The notes under the pieces were generated by a model. That model was not told where the DNA came from, searched no databases, and saw nothing but the letters and a program-made list of their open reading frames with translations. A stretch of 60,275 nt of DNA, the filler included, from Sphacelaria rigidula (taxonomy: Eukaryota), in the NCBI GenBank assembly GCA_964200075.2. It is 4 parts of 4 records of this genome, joined end to end, with 100 filler letters (N's around TTAATTAATTAA, not from the genome) between each part and the next. Parts side by side here need not be neighbours in the genome. Positions count along the whole stretch, not along the records: positions 45,284 to 60,275 come from CAXNAA020001959.1; 3 more parts are not named here. The stretch is one strand, 5' to 3'. The translations under genes were made by a program, and so were the position numbers. Of this stretch, positions 57,504 through 60,275 are shown piece after piece; position 1 is the first letter of the stretch; each line of letters begins with the position of its first letter.

Positions 57504-60275
57504 CCCCCCCCCCCTCCCCTCCCACCGCACACACGATTCTCGGATTGGTCACCATGTCGTGGTCTGATCACGAGGTGATACCGGTGTCACTCTCAAAGAA
57601 CATACCAGGCAAGGGGTAGCACGAAGCTAGCGGCTGGCTGCACTGAACGATTGCAGTCGAGAGGAATCACCCTTGAACTCGTGAGTAACAGACCCTCGAG
57701 TTCGACCAGCACTGCATCGTAAGGCCAAGCGGGGACTCACTTTCGTGTGCAGAGAGGTGCTCTTGACTTGCTTGCAAGCGATATGTCTCCAAGTGGTGGC
57801 TGATAGCTTTCTGATTAGGCTTGGCTACTGGTTAGCTACAACTGAAGTTGCTGGGTGATGGAAGTTGTGAGGGGCGAGGGGCTCCGGTGAAGGACGCCCA
57901 ATTGGAATACAACACCAACATGCGAATGGAATAAGACCTACTGCACTTGCCACGCGTACTTCGAAACGCATATTACATATACAGTCGATATCCGCCGTAA
58001 CATCCCCGTCCCTTGCTTTGTGCACGCTGCTAATGGAAGGTGAGGAAAGTCACAGCTTAATGCACTCCGGGGAAATTCCCTCTACTCTGCATGCCATCAG
58101 CCTAATATCACGTTAACGAAGAGAAAACCGCAGAATTTCGGCGCGAAGATTAACCGCGGGAAAGACTCGTCATGAAATCGGAAGGATGGGCAAAACCTGG
58201 TTTTCAGGAAAGAGCCTCATCGCTTGGGGAAAAAATCTCTCACGCCCTTTCGGATCATAACGAGTGCTTTCGCATGTGCAATGTCGTCCCGGGATCCCAG
58301 TTACCCCCAGTTACACTGGGAACAGAAACCACGGAGAATAGCCGGTGACTATTTTTCCGATGGTAACGGCGCTTAGACACCCTTGATTGATTCACACCAA
58401 TTCCGGGTAGTGTGGGACTCGCAAAAAGAGCTGACCCACTGAAAAAATCCCAAGAAAGCGCTTACTGGTTGATGGGAGTGCGCAGGCTTTTCTCTCACCG
58501 ACCAGCAGCAACTGACCTACTGGACACCGGGGGACTCCTATATCTTGGATCAATGGTTCCGTCATGGTACAGTGTCCAAGCAGGTACTCGGTGCCCACCC
58601 TTTTTGAACAATGCTTACTCCACGATATGAATTGCTTTACTAAAAAGGGGTGGGGCACCCTGAAATCGGATCAACGTTCTCCGAGGACGAAGAAACGTGA
58701 TGAACGAATCGGGTACGTGAAACAAAGGGTGGGATCAGGTCTGACAAAACCAAGAAATCAATCATCTCCATGGAATGCAAGACTCGAAAAAAAAACAAAG
58801 AGCGGGGCAAGATCAACTCCACGAAAAGGGGGAAAGGAAAAGAGAAACCGAAAAATAGTGCTGGAGGAACGAACCAGGCCCACAACAAAAAGAGAAGGGA
58901 GAAAGGAAACTGAAACATGAACGAAAAATAGAAAGGACATACCACATCCATAATACGAAAGAAACAAATAAGGAAACATGAAAACAATTAAAAATGTAGA
59001 AGTAAAAAGGACTGACACGAGAAAAAGGATCAGGTCCTACAAAATCAAGATAACCAAAACGGAGTAGGGAAAAGGAACAAATGGAATCTAGACTAGAATA
59101 ACCGGACAGAGAAAAAAGAATGAGGGCCTAAGTAGGAAGTTTTGATCCGAAAAAACGAGGCAAACGAATCGAGAAGGTGCCCCCCCCCCCCCCAAATCAA
59201 GACCAAACGTTATAAGGTGAGAAAATAAAGCCGGGAACGATACAAGGTATATAACCGAGCTCATGATCAACGGGAAAACACGAGTGAAAGCAGACCCGAA
59301 GAGAGTAGAAAAAATAAGTACTGAACAGCTGTTCCAATGAAAAGAAAGAAACAGTACTGAACTGCTGCTCATTACTATATAGAAGAAAAAAATACAAATT
59401 CAAAAAGCTGCTCGCTCCTGTAATGCACCACAAAACGGTCTTCTGCTCTTTCCTTCGTACAATATTAATGCTTTTAATGCCATCGGCCCGCTCGTCTGGG
59501 CCACTTGCTGGAGCTCTTCACTTGAAGACTCCACGCAGTCTTCGTCGTCTCATCACTCTCCCGAAGCGACCGTCGTCGAACACTTATCCTTTCTGCTGAG
59601 CTTCGACGAAATCCTCTCGGAATGCGAAACCTATGGGGAACAAGTTCAAAACATCACTGCGCAACAGAGGGACATGGCGTGCTCGGGCGGTATGCCATAC
59701 TTGATGCCTTGGCTGGGAGGTGCAGATGCCGAAGGGCGTGGAACCCGTCTACTCGTGGAAGCATCAGGCCTTCCAGGACTCCGCTTCCTGGTAGTCCCTT
59801 TGACATTACTCCATCCTGGACCGTTGCTCGCTATTTCCAACCTGATTTTTTTCTGGATTTAGACTCGCGACGGTCCTTCAGGGTGAGGAGGTGGGGTGTG
59901 GGGTTTTAAAGGATGGCGTCGCCTCGAAGTCTGGTGTTCAAGCAAACTAGGCGAACCCGTCAGCGACTGAATATCTCAGGTGGAGCGGGTAACGGTATGC
60001 GGCTCGACCTATGGCGGACTATCTTGCGCGTATGTATTTTGTGTCCCTGCATCACCACCTCCAGACCGCGTGCCGTCGTCAAGCCTTGCCAACTTTTCAT
60101 GTACCGTGTACTAGTGCTACAGTGTCCCGCCGTTGCCATCCCCACCCGTTGAGATTTCTCTCCGGATCCATCACCAGTCTTACCTCGCATAGGTGCTATT
60201 CGCGCTGTAACAACAAATTGTGCGACTTGAGGTTTAACTCCGAGATGAGGTTCAAGCCTAAAACAGTGCTTTCCC

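Overview
This is eukaryotic, intron-rich genomic DNA, most likely from a brown alga (inferred from the gene structure, a stramenopile-type bipartite plastid signal and the repeat types). The window is not one locus. It is four unrelated, size-sorted contigs (1-14996, 15097-30090, 30191-45183, 45284-60275) joined by artificial N44-TTAATTAATTAA-N44 linkers. Gene models were built by hand from splice sites and reading-frame continuity. Contig 1: a 5'-truncated Puf4/5-type Pumilio gene. Contig 2: MORN2-like, RAE1 and the first exon of a plastid-targeted DUF4336 gene. Contig 3: the 5' part of an ALKBH8-like gene whose 11.7-kb first intron holds a deleted hAT transposon. Contig 4: the 3' part of telomerase reverse transcriptase (TERT) and an ankyrin-repeat gene. 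The introns hold two tRNA-derived SINE families, orphan LINE-like 3' tails and several MITE families. The most notable observations are: a candidate 7-exon short-intron gene nested antisense in ALKBH8 intron 2; a fold-back element family with telomeric repeats, a conserved core and copy-specific inverted arms; an apparent excess of GC-AG introns; and a SINE whose 3' end matches the LINE-like tail. No CRISPR array, rRNA or clearly intact tRNA gene was seen.
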